From: a virus | Virus record (IMG/VR): IMGVR_UViG_3300009506_000003 | Location: 32,001 to 96,000 of that record | DNA: 64,000 nucleotides | Strand: one strand, 5' to 3' | Shown: positions 34,306-44,631 of the stretch, piece after piece | How the letters are laid out: each line of letters starts with the position of its first letter | Position numbering within the stretch: position 1 is the first letter of the stretch | Position numbers and translations under genes: made by a program | Notes under the pieces: generated by a model | What the model was told of the DNA's origin: nothing | The model's input: the letters and a program-made list of their open reading frames with translations, nothing else | Database searches by the model: none

Positions 34306-37300
34306 CTATGAGCTCAACAACCCACGACTGATTTTGAGCTCTTCGACGTACGCCCGGACGCGCCCTCGAGCTCGACCGCGCGGGTCAAACTCTGGTCTGA
34401 TAGCAGACTTCTTCTCGTCTTTGCCAATGACCGCAGGCCGTTTTACGCTTCCGGGGTTCGATTCTCCTTCCATCAAGGCGCCCAAAGGTTTGGTTCCTGC
34501 CGCTGCAGGGCCATCCCTATCGGGCATCTTCACGTCTGTATTGTAGTCTCCGTAAGCCCGGCTATGGAAGCCTTCAATCATGGTCTTGGGGTCGGCCACT
34601 TTTCCGTTGTCATCGAACTCCAGGTTTTGGCTCCCCAAGATGTCGATGATGTTGGCAATCGGCCTACGGGTAAACGTCCTGATGAAATCATGAACGTTCC
34701 CTCCCCGCTCCTTGATCATGCCGTACACGATGGACAACCCGTCGATGCTTTCCTCCACGCTGCCCTGGACTACCGTGTAGACGAACTTGTCGTCCCCCAC
34801 ACTCTCTACCGCTACGGTACCTTCCCCCTGAGACCTACCACCGGGGTCGGTACCTGAAGCCGCCTCGATGGTCAGCGGGGAGAACTCCACGCGCTTTACC
34901 TGGTTCTCTTTCCACCGCTTCAGGAGCTCGTCCTGTGCATCCTGCCCGATGCTCTTGTCATCAGTGACCGCCATAGTCCCCAGTAGGGGTTTGTAAACAG
35001 CCTCCGTGATGTTCTCGTTCTTCCAAACGTCTTCAGAGATCCATTCCGGTCGGATGGCATCTTCCATGGCCACATCAGACCGCTCGAATCTTCCAGTCCC
35101 ATAGATGACTGTGTACTTGAGGTTCAACTGCGAGGGCAGGATGATCACGTTCACAGCTACGTTGGCCCGAACGTCGCGCGGTGAAACCAGCTTTGCCTCT
35201 TGGGCAGTCATGAGCTTGCTGTTGTCATCGAACGCCTTGTCTGAGATGCCCAGGAATCGTTGAGCGGCTGTTTTTGTGAAGAAGAGGTCATCCCCAATCT
35301 CGTCCACCTTCTTCACCTTGCCGAGACCCGGCACCTTCACTGGAGCCTTCAACTTCTTCTCTGCGTACATCCTCAAGATCTGCTTCTGGAGCTCGAGCTT
35401 GGCTTTGTGCTCTGCGTAGATCTGATACTGACCGAGGTTCTGTTCCTTTGCCTCCTCAATGGAGATCCCCTGCAAGGCGAGCTCGAGGTTTGACTCAGCA
35501 GTGTCTGTTCCACGAACGAAAGAGGACACGACAATCTTGTAGTCCTTCTGCTTCGACTCCTCCATGATCTCTTTGGTCAGCACCCCCAGGAACTCATCAT
35601 CGAGCCCTCGATGAGTGCGCGCGTAGGCGAGCTGCACGCTCGTACTGCCGCCATCCTGACTGATGGAGTGCGTGTACGAATAGATCTTCCCCAGAAACTG
35701 GGTCGGGAGCATCCTGCGCCGCAAGGTCTTCTCAAGCTGCTCCACCACTGCAGGGGAAGGAGATGCTCTGTTCAACACAGCGGATGGCAGCCCGGCCACA
35801 ATGTTCGGATTGAAAACCCCCGTCAGAGAGAGCTGCCTTGCGGACCACCTGTGCAAATAGAACTGAAAGTCCGCCAGACGTTGCAGGTAGTGAATCTTCT
35901 GGGTCTTCTTGACCTCGCTGAGGGTACCAGCGTCGTTTGCAGCTTTGACACCCCACCTATGCCCGTCCGTCACCCAGGAAAACTTCGGGATGATCCCAGA
36001 GTGGACCTCGTGCTGCAGGATGACCCGAGAGCCTTGAGACATGGAGGCCACCAACAGCTTCCCTTGCACATCCCGGATTTTGGGAGCTAGGTAGAACCGG
36101 CTGAAGAGCTTGGCGCCCTGCCTGCCCCCACCGAGCATTCCAAGACCGCCCTGCATCGCCAGACGACTCACCTCCCGCATAAAGTTGCGGCTGAAGTTGA
36201 GCTCGAAGTACTGGTCTGGAAAAATGATGTTGCAGCGAGGAGGGGAAACGAAAAATGTCTCGGGGAGGAAGAGCTGCGTGTAGAGCTTGGCTGAAGACGG
36301 TATGTCCGTGAAGACCGTACGGAAGCGGGTAGACTCCAACGTGAACAGGTCGTCCAGTGCATCCGCCGCTCCGTTGATCTTGTCCCTGGTCTCTTGAACC
36401 CTCTGTTTGATCTTCCCTCCTCGGGAGTTGGTGTCCTTGTACGCCTCAATGCGTTGCTCCTGCACCACGGCAGGGAAGTTGTCTCTCGCGTCGGACACAT
36501 CCGCGCGGATGTCTCGGAGCTTCTGCACTACGTCCTTGGCGTCCGAGGCCTTGGTCGACTCGATGATGGGGATTTCCGTCGCCAGGATGTCGTCTGCATC
36601 CCGCATGGCGTAATAGACCGCATTGAAGTCAAACCGTTCAGTACCTCCTCGAGCCGCTCGGACGGGTACGTCTCCGTCAGGCCCCAACCGGTCGAGGGTG
36701 AGAAGAATCTTGTCCATCTCACCGATGGCGAGGTTGAGCGCCTTGAGCGCCTTGAGCAGCGCCTTCTTGGAGCCCTCTCCAACCGTGGTGTCGACCACGT
36801 TCACCGTCCCAGCCTTTTTGCGCTCGGGCTTCTGGGTGGTCCCGCCTGGGACGTACATGGCAGACGGGTTCGGGTAGATGTTGTGGAAGATGTACCTGTT
36901 GAGGTGGTTGAGGATGTCTCGGAAAGACACAAGCGTCCCAATGGAGGTCATGCCGTTCCGAATCCACTGGTTGAACGCCTTGCTGGCGTAGAGCTTCGAA
37001 GAGGTCTTGTCCGCCTGGATCGCTCCAAGCTGCCCCAACAAGTTGTACCGGAGTTCAGCAATCGAGAAGAAGTCGTTGATGCCCTTGAAGCCCTTGAAGT
37101 CTTTGCTCCGGTACTTGAGCCCTCCCACCGCCTCGAGCAGATGGATGAGCCCACCAAGCAACCCTTCCGTCTCTTGGTACTCGGGAGACCTTGGGCGCGT
37201 GTTGATGAGTCGAGAGATGACCCACTGATGCCCACCAAAGTTGTCGAAGAGCCCCTGCCCTGCACCAACGAAGTTGTGGTGCTTGTCTGTGAGCCCGCTT

Positions 37301-37758
37301 CCTCCAGCGGAGTAGTCGGCAAAGAACTGGTAGCAGGTGTCCCAGTACGACGACAGGTCCATGCACTGCAGAATCAGTTGCCGCCCGGTAGGGGTCTTTC
37401 GGAAGTTGAACCCGATGACCTCCCCTGTGTAGAGCAACTTGTACGCGAAGTCGGACACCTCGTACCGGTTTAGGTCCTGCTCCTCAAAGACAGGCATCTT
37501 CCGCACGGAGCCCAATCCGCTGTGCTGCTCCAAGGCCGTCTTGGCTTTGGCTACCTCGTCGTCTGTCAGTGCCTCATCCAAGTAGAACAGATGAACCAGG
37601 GTCCTCGGTAGCAAGTGCATACCCATGTCTGTAGGGATGATCTGAATCGCGGCTGTGGCAGGAGTATCTGGCTGCACCGTTACCGATGCAGAGATGACGG
37701 GGACTTCAATGCCCTCCAGAAAGAGCCGAAGCCCGAGTGGCGCAACCTTGACGCTCAT
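34306..37758 (-). CDS. Baseplate hub-like tail protein
   Basis: LFLEGIEVPV.SASV...A.IQI, LYTGEVIG...L.C.D and LSLTGVFNP...G.P fit a hub (gp27/gp44-like) layout; second large gene after the tape measure. Confidence 0.6.
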   Translation of the reverse strand: MSVKVAPLGLRLFLEGIEVPVISASVTVQPDTPATAAIQIIPTDMGMHLLPRTLVHLFYLDEALTDDEVAKAKTALEQHSGLGSVRKMPVFEEQDLNRYEVSDFAYKLLYTGEVIGFNFRKTPTGRQLILQCMDLSSYWDTCYQFFADYSAGGSGLTDKHHNFVGAGQGLFDNFGGHQWVISRLINTRPRSPEYQETEGLLGGLIHLLEAVGGLKYRSKDFKGFKGINDFFSIAELRYNLLGQLGAIQADKTSSKLYASKAFNQWIRNGMTSIGTLVSFRDILNHLNRYIFHNIYPNPSAMYVPGGTTQKPERKKAGTVNVVDTTVGEGSKKALLKALKALNLAIGEMDKILLTLDRLGPDGDVPVRAARGGTERFDFNAVYYAMRDADDILATEIPIIESTKASDAKDVVQKLRDIRADVSDARDNFPAVVQEQRIEAYKDTNSRGGKIKQRVQETRDKINGAADALDDLFTLESTRFRTVFTDIPSSAKLYTQLFLPETFFVSPPRCNIIFPDQYFELNFSRNFMREVSRLAMQGGLGMLGGGRQGAKLFSRFYLAPKIRDVQGKLLVASMSQGSRVILQHEVHSGIIPKFSWVTDGHRWGVKAANDAGTLSEVKKTQKIHYLQRLADFQFYLHRWSARQLSLTGVFNPNIVAGLPSAVLNRASPSPAVVEQLEKTLRRRMLPTQFLGKIYSYTHSISQDGGSTSVQLAYARTHRGLDDEFLGVLTKEIMEESKQKDYKIVVSSFVRGTDTAESNLELALQGISIEEAKEQNLGQYQIYAEHKAKLELQKQILRMYAEKKLKAPVKVPGLGKVKKVDEIGDDLFFTKTAAQRFLGISDKAFDDNSKLMTAQEAKLVSPRDVRANVAVNVIILPSQLNLKYTVIYGTGRFERSDVAMEDAIRPEWISEDVWKNENITEAVYKPLLGTMAVTDDKSIGQDAQDELLKRWKENQVKRVEFSPLTIEAASGTDPGGRSQGEGTVAVESVGDDKFVYTVVQGSVEESIDGLSIVYGMIKERGGNVHDFIRTFTRRPIANIIDILGSQNLEFDDNGKVADPKTMIEGFHSRAYGDYNTDVKMPDRDGPAAAGTKPLGALMEGESNPGSVKRPAVIGKDEKKSAIRPEFDPRGRARGRVRAYVEELKISRGLLSS

Positions 37759-39845
37759 ACCACTGGGTCAATCGAAGCATCCTCGTCCTCTGTGGACGTG
37801 ATCCCCGACGTGTCCTCTGACTGAGACTGGGCCAAATTGCTGACGTAGGTGTTGCTGCCGTAAGCTGCCTCGAGCAGTGCGGCACGTTCTTCATCGCTGG
37901 GCTCGGTGTTCTCGATAGTACCCTCCTGACCGTAGACCTCTTCGATAGTGGAGGGGTCATCTCGACCCTCCCCGTACGACGCGCTGTCAGTGTTGCCGTA
38001 GACCTCGTCCAAAGAGTCCTTCACTTTGTCCGCGTTGGGCTCGGTACGGTCGACGTCATCAGGCAGGTCACCTTCTGCTGCCAGCGTCTCAGCATCTTGA
38101 GCCTCTTGGCTGTTGATGAGGTTCGTGTAGTCGTTGCTCCCGTACGCCATTTCGTAGGCGTAGCTCTCACTCATGGGAACGCCGCCGAACAGCCGAGCCT
38201 TCTGGGACTCAGGGATGTACTCGTTGCTGTTGTAGACGTCACCAATCTTGGCTTTGCCCACCGACGTGACCCCTTGAGAGAACAAGTCGTGGACATCCTG
38301 GCTAGCTACTCGATCTTTCCATCGAGCCCAGCTATCCAATGCGTTCTTCCCAACGTACTCGCTGATACCGGGGATGAACTGGCCTTGAGCAAAACCCTCC
38401 CCGATGTATTTGATGTTCTGCGGCGTCAGACCGAGTGCAGACGACGCCACCCCCAAAGGATTCTCCACGAAGTTCCTGGCGGTCATGATCGCGCCGTACC
38501 CTGTACGCAGCGCCTGGACCACTCCAGCAATGTCTTGCAGAATCCCGCCGGCGGCAGCGATGACATTGAAGTTCGCCAACATGGCCTTGTCCGCGTCGGC
38601 CTTCTGCTTCTTCGCCTCGAGGCGGCCCTGCAGGGCTTGCCACTGATCTTCCGTCATCAGGTCCTTGAGGCTGGCGGGCTGACGGCGAGTTGGGTACTCG
38701 TCGTAGTTCTCGTAGATCATGCCTCGAGAGGTACCAGTCACCTCAGACACCCAGGAGGGAACGAACTTGACGGGCCCCAGAACACGGAGTTTGGTTCCGG
38801 GCACCGGAACGAGAACCCCGTTGACGTCCACCTTGATGGTGGATTGTCTCTGCCCTTCTGCATTGAGGGTAGTGAGAGCTGTAGTGGTGATCGAAGATGG
38901 AGCCAGCTCTGCAGTCGAGTTCGCAGCAATGGCTGCAGCGGCTCCAATAGGCATCCTCAAAGTACGCCCACCCATCAGCCGGTTGGCGATGTCGAGTTTG
39001 TCCCCCAGCCACACCTGAGCTGAGTTCCAGTAGGAGACACCCTTCCTCATCAAGCCGAGGACGCTGTTCTCTTTCGGGATCTGCTTGGAGGTTGCAGCAT
39101 TCATGTTGGCTTCCCGAACTGCTACGCCTGTCGACGTGAAGGACTTCCTTCTCTTGTCGAGCTCGTCGTTCAAGATGTCCAATGACTGAGCTTCAACCCC
39201 AGGGAATCTCATCGCTCCCACGTTGGAGTACTCATGGTAGTTGGTCATGAGCATCGTCATCGTGAAAGGCACTGTGTACGGGTCGTCCGCCGTGTCGATA
39301 GCAGTAGCGTTGATCGGGTAGCCCTCAACAACGATGGTGTCGTACGCGATGTAGCACCGCGCGTTTCTCTCCACGAGCTTGCTACCACGAAGGTACCTCT
39401 CGTAGTTGAGCCAGAACTGGGCCCGCCAGTTGAAGTCCTCCGTGTTCATCAAGAGCCCTTGGAACGTGACGAACCGCGGCTTCTCCCCAAAGAAGTAGGC
39501 GAAGGACTCACCGAACGTGGGGATGACTTGCGTCTTCTCTTCTCGGCTCTCCTCCACTCTCTGAAGGATGAAGTCGGAGTATTCAGCCACCGCCCCTTGA
39601 GCGGTGATGTTCTTCTTCGGGTCGGATGTCTGGTCTACGGCCGAGCTCGACACGAGCGGGATCGAGAACCCATCGGGGGTCCTCACAGAAATGACGGCGT
39701 ACGTGTCCTTCTTGATTTGGATGCCACGGTAGGGACGACGGATGGCTGCCCACTCCGCTCCCCGACCCGTCTGGTTTGTGAGGGTAGAGGACCCGCTCTT
39801 ACGGCTCCGAGCTTCGAAGTGGTCTGACTCAAGAAAGATGAACAT
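37755..39845 (-). CDS. Tail tube initiator/baseplate-like protein with an acidic C-terminus
   Basis: FILQ.VEESREEK.QV..TFGE...YFFGEKP...FQG.L; located just after the tape measure gene. Confidence 0.55.
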   Translation of the reverse strand: MFIFLESDHFEARSRKSGSSTLTNQTGRGAEWAAIRRPYRGIQIKKDTYAVISVRTPDGFSIPLVSSSAVDQTSDPKKNITAQGAVAEYSDFILQRVEESREEKTQVIPTFGESFAYFFGEKPRFVTFQGLLMNTEDFNWRAQFWLNYERYLRGSKLVERNARCYIAYDTIVVEGYPINATAIDTADDPYTVPFTMTMLMTNYHEYSNVGAMRFPGVEAQSLDILNDELDKRRKSFTSTGVAVREANMNAATSKQIPKENSVLGLMRKGVSYWNSAQVWLGDKLDIANRLMGGRTLRMPIGAAAAIAANSTAELAPSSITTTALTTLNAEGQRQSTIKVDVNGVLVPVPGTKLRVLGPVKFVPSWVSEVTGTSRGMIYENYDEYPTRRQPASLKDLMTEDQWQALQGRLEAKKQKADADKAMLANFNVIAAAGGILQDIAGVVQALRTGYGAIMTARNFVENPLGVASSALGLTPQNIKYIGEGFAQGQFIPGISEYVGKNALDSWARWKDRVASQDVHDLFSQGVTSVGKAKIGDVYNSNEYIPESQKARLFGGVPMSESYAYEMAYGSNDYTNLINSQEAQDAETLAAEGDLPDDVDRTEPNADKVKDSLDEVYGNTDSASYGEGRDDPSTIEEVYGQEGTIENTEPSDEERAALLEAAYGSNTYVSNLAQSQSEDTSGITSTEDEDASIDPVV

Positions 39846-40078
39846 CAGCCTTGCCCCGCCGTGAACCGCTCAGTGAGCAGGAACTCCAAGAAGAGTGGCT
39901 CCACCTCTGACCCGACATCCGTGCCTGTCATCAAACGGTAGATCTCACGATTGATCAGATGCAGGAAGACGTCGTCCACGTTGATGCGGTCGATCAGCTT
40001 CATCGTGATCTTGCCGCGCTCGTTCGTGGTGATCGAGACTTCTTGCTCGAAACGTCCGCCTTCCTCTCCGTTTGCCAT
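39845..40078 (-). CDS. Hypothetical protein
   Basis: 77 aa, SD GGAGG. Confidence 0.7.
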   Translation of the reverse strand: MANGEEGGRFEQEVSITTNERGKITMKLIDRINVDDVFLHLINREIYRLMTGTDVGSEVEPLFLEFLLTERFTAGQG

Positions 40079-40087
40079 GAGTCCTCC

Positions 40088-43000
40088 TTACGTCTCCTGA
40101 GCCACCGGGTTGCTCTGTTTGACCTTCATCGCCTCGTCTTTGATTTTGTCTCCCAGGACAGAGCCTACCGCAAACACGAACCGCTCGTTGGCGGCGGCGT
40201 ACTTGGTCAACATGTCCGTCAAGCTCTGGTTCTGAGACTTCCGGGCTCCGGGACCTTCACCCAACGCGGCGCCTGATACACCACGAAGCATGTCCTTGAG
40301 CTCTCCCACGTCTCTGCCCTTGATGCCTCCCTTCAGGAGCTCGTTCAACCTCTCCTGATCCACCCCAGTGAAGAGGTCCACTCCTCCTGCGCGCATCCGC
40401 TGGCGGAACTTGCGGACACCGGCCTCGTCCATCTCCCCCATCTGCTCGATGAGGCCGAGACGACCTGCCTGCCGACCTACCTCTCCCGCGCGGCCTTGCA
40501 GAAGGAGGTCGATCTCTTTCTGGCTCAAGTCTCCGCTTTTGGCCACTTCCCCCAAGAGCTGACGACCGCCTGTGAGGTCCTCTTTGGCAAACGCCTGACG
40601 AGCTCGCTCGAGCGTGGAGCGGAGGCCTTCGTCCTTGATCCCCTGAATGCCTGTGATTGGACCCTGCGACTTCGCAACGTCCCGCATCCGGGTCTTCTTT
40701 TCCTTCCACATCTGGGCCTGCTGAACAGCACTACTCGTGCCCAGCTCTTTCGCCAAGGCATCCTTGGTGTCCTGGCTGGAGCCCTGCAGAAGCTCCATGA
40801 CCCTCTTTGCGTTCGTGTCCCCTCTGTTGGCAGCCTCGGTGAATCGATTCCCCTCTGCCGCCTTGCCACTGATGTAGTCGGAAATGTCCTGAGGGGAGAA
40901 CTCCTCTGATGACAGGATGCCAGCCCATTCGTCTTCCGAAATCTGCTCGCCGGCAGCCATACCTCCAGCCACACCCAACCCGAGGCCTCCGAGGATGCCA
41001 CCTACGATTCCGCCGGCGACGGTACCGAGCACAGGTACCACAGAGCCGATAACGGCCCCCATGGCTGCACCGGCGACCGCCCCGCCTATCGCCCCACCTG
41101 CTGTGGAGACCATGCCCTCGCTGATGTCTGCGAGCTTGCCAAGATTCTCCTCGTGGATCTTGTCCAGGTCGCCTTCGGTCATGACGCCAACCTCGCGCGC
41201 CATCCGGTCATAGTCGACGGCCAGGTCGCTCTGCTTGTACTTGAGCTCGCCCTGGGCGACGGCCAAGACGTCCAGCTTGCCCTCCATCGTGCCCTCACCT
41301 CCAGGAGTACCCTTGGTGAGCTCACGCATTGCCGCTCGAGCCTCGCTGTCGCCCTCCAGCATGCGAAGCACTTCTCTTCCGTACTCCCGAGGGCTGGCGT
41401 CTTTAGCATTCTGCAAGCGGTCTCGAGAGTCCTTGCTGTTGAACATTTCCCTGACCCGGCGTTTGACCGTGTCCATCGCTTGGCGCTTCTTTTGAGTCTC
41501 CCCACCCAGCAGGCCGCCCATCGTGGCGTCCATGCTGCGCATCATAGTGCGACGAGAGATTCGACGAACATCCTCCGACTTGGCGCTCCTGCCTCCCCCC
41601 AGGTTGACCTCAGACGCTCCCGCCGGGCCAGCCTGTGTCTCCAACCCGGCCTCAACCAAAGACCGAGCTCGAGGCGTCATCATGGAGAGCTCGTAGCCGC
41701 TCATGCCCATCGCTCCCCCGCCCATCCAAGCCAAGGGGTCTATTCCCACGGCGCCCATCGTTGCGCCGGCGAGCCCGCCAAGAGCAGTACCCCACGGCCC
41801 AATCATGGAGCCGGCAGCGGCACCCATCGCGCCGTATCCTGCTACGCGGCCGAGGAAACCGGCACCTTGCTCTCTCATCTGCATCGTCATGTTGCCGAGG
41901 ATGCCCGGGTCTACAAAGCCCTGTCCCACGTTTGCAGCACCCAACATCTGAGGGGTGATCTCTCTGTCCATGGCACCAGCAGCAGCCATGTGCATCTGCT
42001 GACGCATGCTGAGCTTTGGCAGTCGACGGGTACGTCCTGTCATCCACCTTCCGACCTTGTCCATTGTGGACCCGATCTCCGTGGCGAGGTTCTCCCCAAG
42101 CTCCTGCAAGGGACGCTCTACTGCTTCCTCCCACACGCTGCCAACCGCATCCTTGAATCCCGCCCAGCTCTGGTTCCTTCGCTGCTCGATGTTCCTGAAA
42201 CTGTCCTCGAGCGCAGCCTCCATGCGGCGCTCGTTGTCGGCGGTGATGCGAGGCATCTCCTGAATCATCTTCTGGATGACGTCCGCTTGGCGCTGGTTCG
42301 CTCCAGTCAGGAGCTGAATGAACCTGTTCTGAATGGGCTCCGACGCAGCACCGTACCCCGCACGGTTCATGGCCTGTTGGATGCCCATCGACATAGCCTC
42401 GACGCCACCCTGCGCGGCCATGCTCTGACCCATCTGGTCTGCACGATTGAAGAACGACACGGCCAAGGACTTGTTGCTGACTCGTTTTCGCCCCTGCGCC
42501 TGAAGCTGACCGATGGTTACCTCCCCCCTTTGGAACTTCGCAAGGAGCTCCGGGTCCATCCGTCCTGTGAATTGGCCTCCCTCGATCTCTCCTAAACCAG
42601 CCATCATGAGCCGGCCCATAGCGGTCTGACCCATTCCGGACATGACCTGCTGCAAGGAACCAGCAACCATCTGACGACCTTCAGCGCCGGTGACACCTCC
42701 AGTGAAGTTTCGAATGTCTTCTCGACTCAAGACGCCTGTGTGAACAGCACCAGACACCTGAGTGAATAGCTCTCTGCCCAAGCGTGCCCCAGCTCGGAGC
42801 GTGCCTCCCATCGCGTGGGACATCTGCGCTCCGGTCTGCATCGCACCCATCAGGGCTGCTCCGCCTCCGGGCCCCGCAGCTTTTCCTGCTACCGCAGTAC
42901 CCATGACGTCGGCCGCTGACCACAGCCCCATCTTGTTCAGGTTCTGGACGAGGGGCATCGCCTCGTCGAGGGTAGTACCAAGGATCTGAGCCACGGCCTT

Positions 43001-43825
43001 GGTCTTCCCAACGATGTCTCTGAATCGTCGTTTGAACTGATTGACGTCACCGACACCCTCGAGCATTCCAGATTGACCAGCTCGGTCCATTAGGCGGCGC
43101 ATGTCCTGCATGCTGGTCATCACGTCCTCACCTGCCATCTCGTGCAAGAATGACGTGACGTTCTTGATCATTCCTCTGCCAGGCCCGCCACCCATTCCTG
43201 CGCCACCTTGTCCCCATTGAGGCTCGAAGTACTGCGTCGCCATGCGACCAACGTCTTTGACGTTCTGCGCACCTTGAAAGATGTTCGTCCCAACAGTCTC
43301 GATAGCCTTGCCAGCGATGTAGTAGGGGATCGCAGCAGCGGCAGCGCCAGCCAAACCTCCAGCAAGTACACCCGCCCCCGCTCGCAGTCCTCCGGAAGCG
43401 AACGCGCGCCCAACGTTGCCGAAGCCGTGCATGAGGCCCATGCCAGACTCTCCGGCCATTACGCCCATGCGGCCTATTCCAGTGGCGGACGATACACCTG
43501 TACCAGCTCCGAACGCTCTACTGATCCCCGTGAATGGATCCAACAGACCGAGCGGGTTCCGGTACCCGAGCAGACCTGCCGCCATGGTGCCGCCGGCGGC
43601 GATACCTGGAAGAGCCATGCCGAGCCCGCCAGTGATGCGAGCTCCCATGTTGGGATCAAATGGCTCAGACACTCGGTAGGACGGAGAGGGGTACGGGTTC
43701 TGCATCTGAGGGGCAGGAGCCATAGCGTAGCCGCCTCCCACTGCCTGGGAGAACGCATGCTGATTGGCGAACATCACTTGCTGTCCACCAACCAGACCTG
43801 ACACCTGCTCGCTCGTAAACGGCAT
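40088..43825 (-). CDS. Tail tape measure protein
   Basis: About 1245 aa, Ala/Gly/Met-rich helical protein with glycine-zipper hydrophobic tracts, upstream of hub-like genes. Confidence 0.8.
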   Translation of the reverse strand: MPFTSEQVSGLVGGQQVMFANQHAFSQAVGGGYAMAPAPQMQNPYPSPSYRVSEPFDPNMGARITGGLGMALPGIAAGGTMAAGLLGYRNPLGLLDPFTGISRAFGAGTGVSSATGIGRMGVMAGESGMGLMHGFGNVGRAFASGGLRAGAGVLAGGLAGAAAAAIPYYIAGKAIETVGTNIFQGAQNVKDVGRMATQYFEPQWGQGGAGMGGGPGRGMIKNVTSFLHEMAGEDVMTSMQDMRRLMDRAGQSGMLEGVGDVNQFKRRFRDIVGKTKAVAQILGTTLDEAMPLVQNLNKMGLWSAADVMGTAVAGKAAGPGGGAALMGAMQTGAQMSHAMGGTLRAGARLGRELFTQVSGAVHTGVLSREDIRNFTGGVTGAEGRQMVAGSLQQVMSGMGQTAMGRLMMAGLGEIEGGQFTGRMDPELLAKFQRGEVTIGQLQAQGRKRVSNKSLAVSFFNRADQMGQSMAAQGGVEAMSMGIQQAMNRAGYGAASEPIQNRFIQLLTGANQRQADVIQKMIQEMPRITADNERRMEAALEDSFRNIEQRRNQSWAGFKDAVGSVWEEAVERPLQELGENLATEIGSTMDKVGRWMTGRTRRLPKLSMRQQMHMAAAGAMDREITPQMLGAANVGQGFVDPGILGNMTMQMREQGAGFLGRVAGYGAMGAAAGSMIGPWGTALGGLAGATMGAVGIDPLAWMGGGAMGMSGYELSMMTPRARSLVEAGLETQAGPAGASEVNLGGGRSAKSEDVRRISRRTMMRSMDATMGGLLGGETQKKRQAMDTVKRRVREMFNSKDSRDRLQNAKDASPREYGREVLRMLEGDSEARAAMRELTKGTPGGEGTMEGKLDVLAVAQGELKYKQSDLAVDYDRMAREVGVMTEGDLDKIHEENLGKLADISEGMVSTAGGAIGGAVAGAAMGAVIGSVVPVLGTVAGGIVGGILGGLGLGVAGGMAAGEQISEDEWAGILSSEEFSPQDISDYISGKAAEGNRFTEAANRGDTNAKRVMELLQGSSQDTKDALAKELGTSSAVQQAQMWKEKKTRMRDVAKSQGPITGIQGIKDEGLRSTLERARQAFAKEDLTGGRQLLGEVAKSGDLSQKEIDLLLQGRAGEVGRQAGRLGLIEQMGEMDEAGVRKFRQRMRAGGVDLFTGVDQERLNELLKGGIKGRDVGELKDMLRGVSGAALGEGPGARKSQNQSLTDMLTKYAAANERFVFAVGSVLGDKIKDEAMKVKQSNPVAQET

Positions 43826-43879
43826 CAAACCTCCGACTTCGTTCCGTACCTCCTCTAGTACACCGAAATCTTTCTACAG

Positions 43880-43895
43880 ACTACGATATAAGAGT
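43880..43895 (+). promoter_or_regulatory. ATAAG promoter-like motif (CGATATAAGAGT)
   Basis: Same core as the copies at 60409, 60440, 61076, 61537 and 62962; intergenic. Confidence 0.4.
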
Positions 43896-44036
43896 CCTGC
43901 TGGTAAACCGTGGATGAGAGACGCGGGTCCGGTCAGTGCCACAAACACAACCAACAAGACACGCCCGAACCACGCAGAGTCCACCGCGGGCTCGGCGCCC
44001 AATGTGAAGGGGCCCCGGGAGCTGGGCATCCAGTTT

Positions 44037-44330
44037 TTACTTACCCCCGAGGAATCTCTTTTTCTCGGGCTGCTTCGGAGGGTCAATGGGGGTCACGTTG
44101 CCTTCAGGTGGAGCCACTTGATCGTCTGCTTTCTTGGCGATCCGTTCGTAGTACCCACGCACCGCGCTTCGACAGCGCTTGCAGAGGTCTTCGAACGAAC
44201 AGAGCTCTCCATGGAAATTGACAGTCACCTCGAACTTCATCTCACCCTTGCGGGCAACTTCTCCGGAGTGCTGAGTTTCGACCCGACCGCAACGGTCACA
44301 GGTCACTTCGACAACATCTCGTCGTGCCAT
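44037..44330 (-). CDS. Zn-binding protein resembling the Lsr2 dimerisation domain
   Basis: MARRDVVEVTCDRC...EVTVNFHG...EDLCKRC; SD GGAGGGG, ATG 44330. Confidence 0.55.
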   Translation of the reverse strand: MARRDVVEVTCDRCGRVETQHSGEVARKGEMKFEVTVNFHGELCSFEDLCKRCRSAVRGYYERIAKKADDQVAPPEGNVTPIDPPKQPEKKRFLGGK

Positions 44331-44331
44331 C

Positions 44332-44595
44332 TTACCCCTCCTCAGGAAGGTGATTGGTCGGAGTCTTCTCATCAACGTGCCCACGCAGCTTCTGGTAGAG
44401 GTACCCCTCTACCGCAAACCGCTCTATCTTGACGAGCCCGTCTGAGTAGTCCGGGTGTCCTCTGAGACCTTCCTCGAAACGAGAGACCTCTTTTTGACAT
44501 AAGGCTCGTAGAGGATCCGCGTTCCCCTTTCGGGCCTCTTGCAAGGCCGAGTTCATTTCGTCTTCTGACCAAGGCAGTGTGATCTCGATTTGCAT
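44332..44595 (-). CDS. Hypothetical protein
   Basis: 87 aa; first gene of a minus-strand unit, no SD. Confidence 0.7.
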   Translation of the reverse strand: MQIEITLPWSEDEMNSALQEARKGNADPLRALCQKEVSRFEEGLRGHPDYSDGLVKIERFAVEGYLYQKLRGHVDEKTPTNHLPEEG

Positions 44596-44631
44596 GGACT
44601 CAACCTACATATTTTCTATGGGGTCATCAAT

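Noticed and set aside
11156-39845. Baseplate genes as a bacterial contractile injection system (eCIS/T6SS)
   Set aside because: The surrounding ligase, sigma factor, GroES pair, RecA-like gene and dense orphan ORFs, with no host housekeeping genes, fit a phage genome better.
1-43800. Many long plus-strand ORFs in the track (e.g. 3836-5179, 36394-37473, 41153-42595)
   Set aside because: Antisense shadows of GC3-biased minus-strand genes; no SD and unnatural His/Arg/Val-rich composition.
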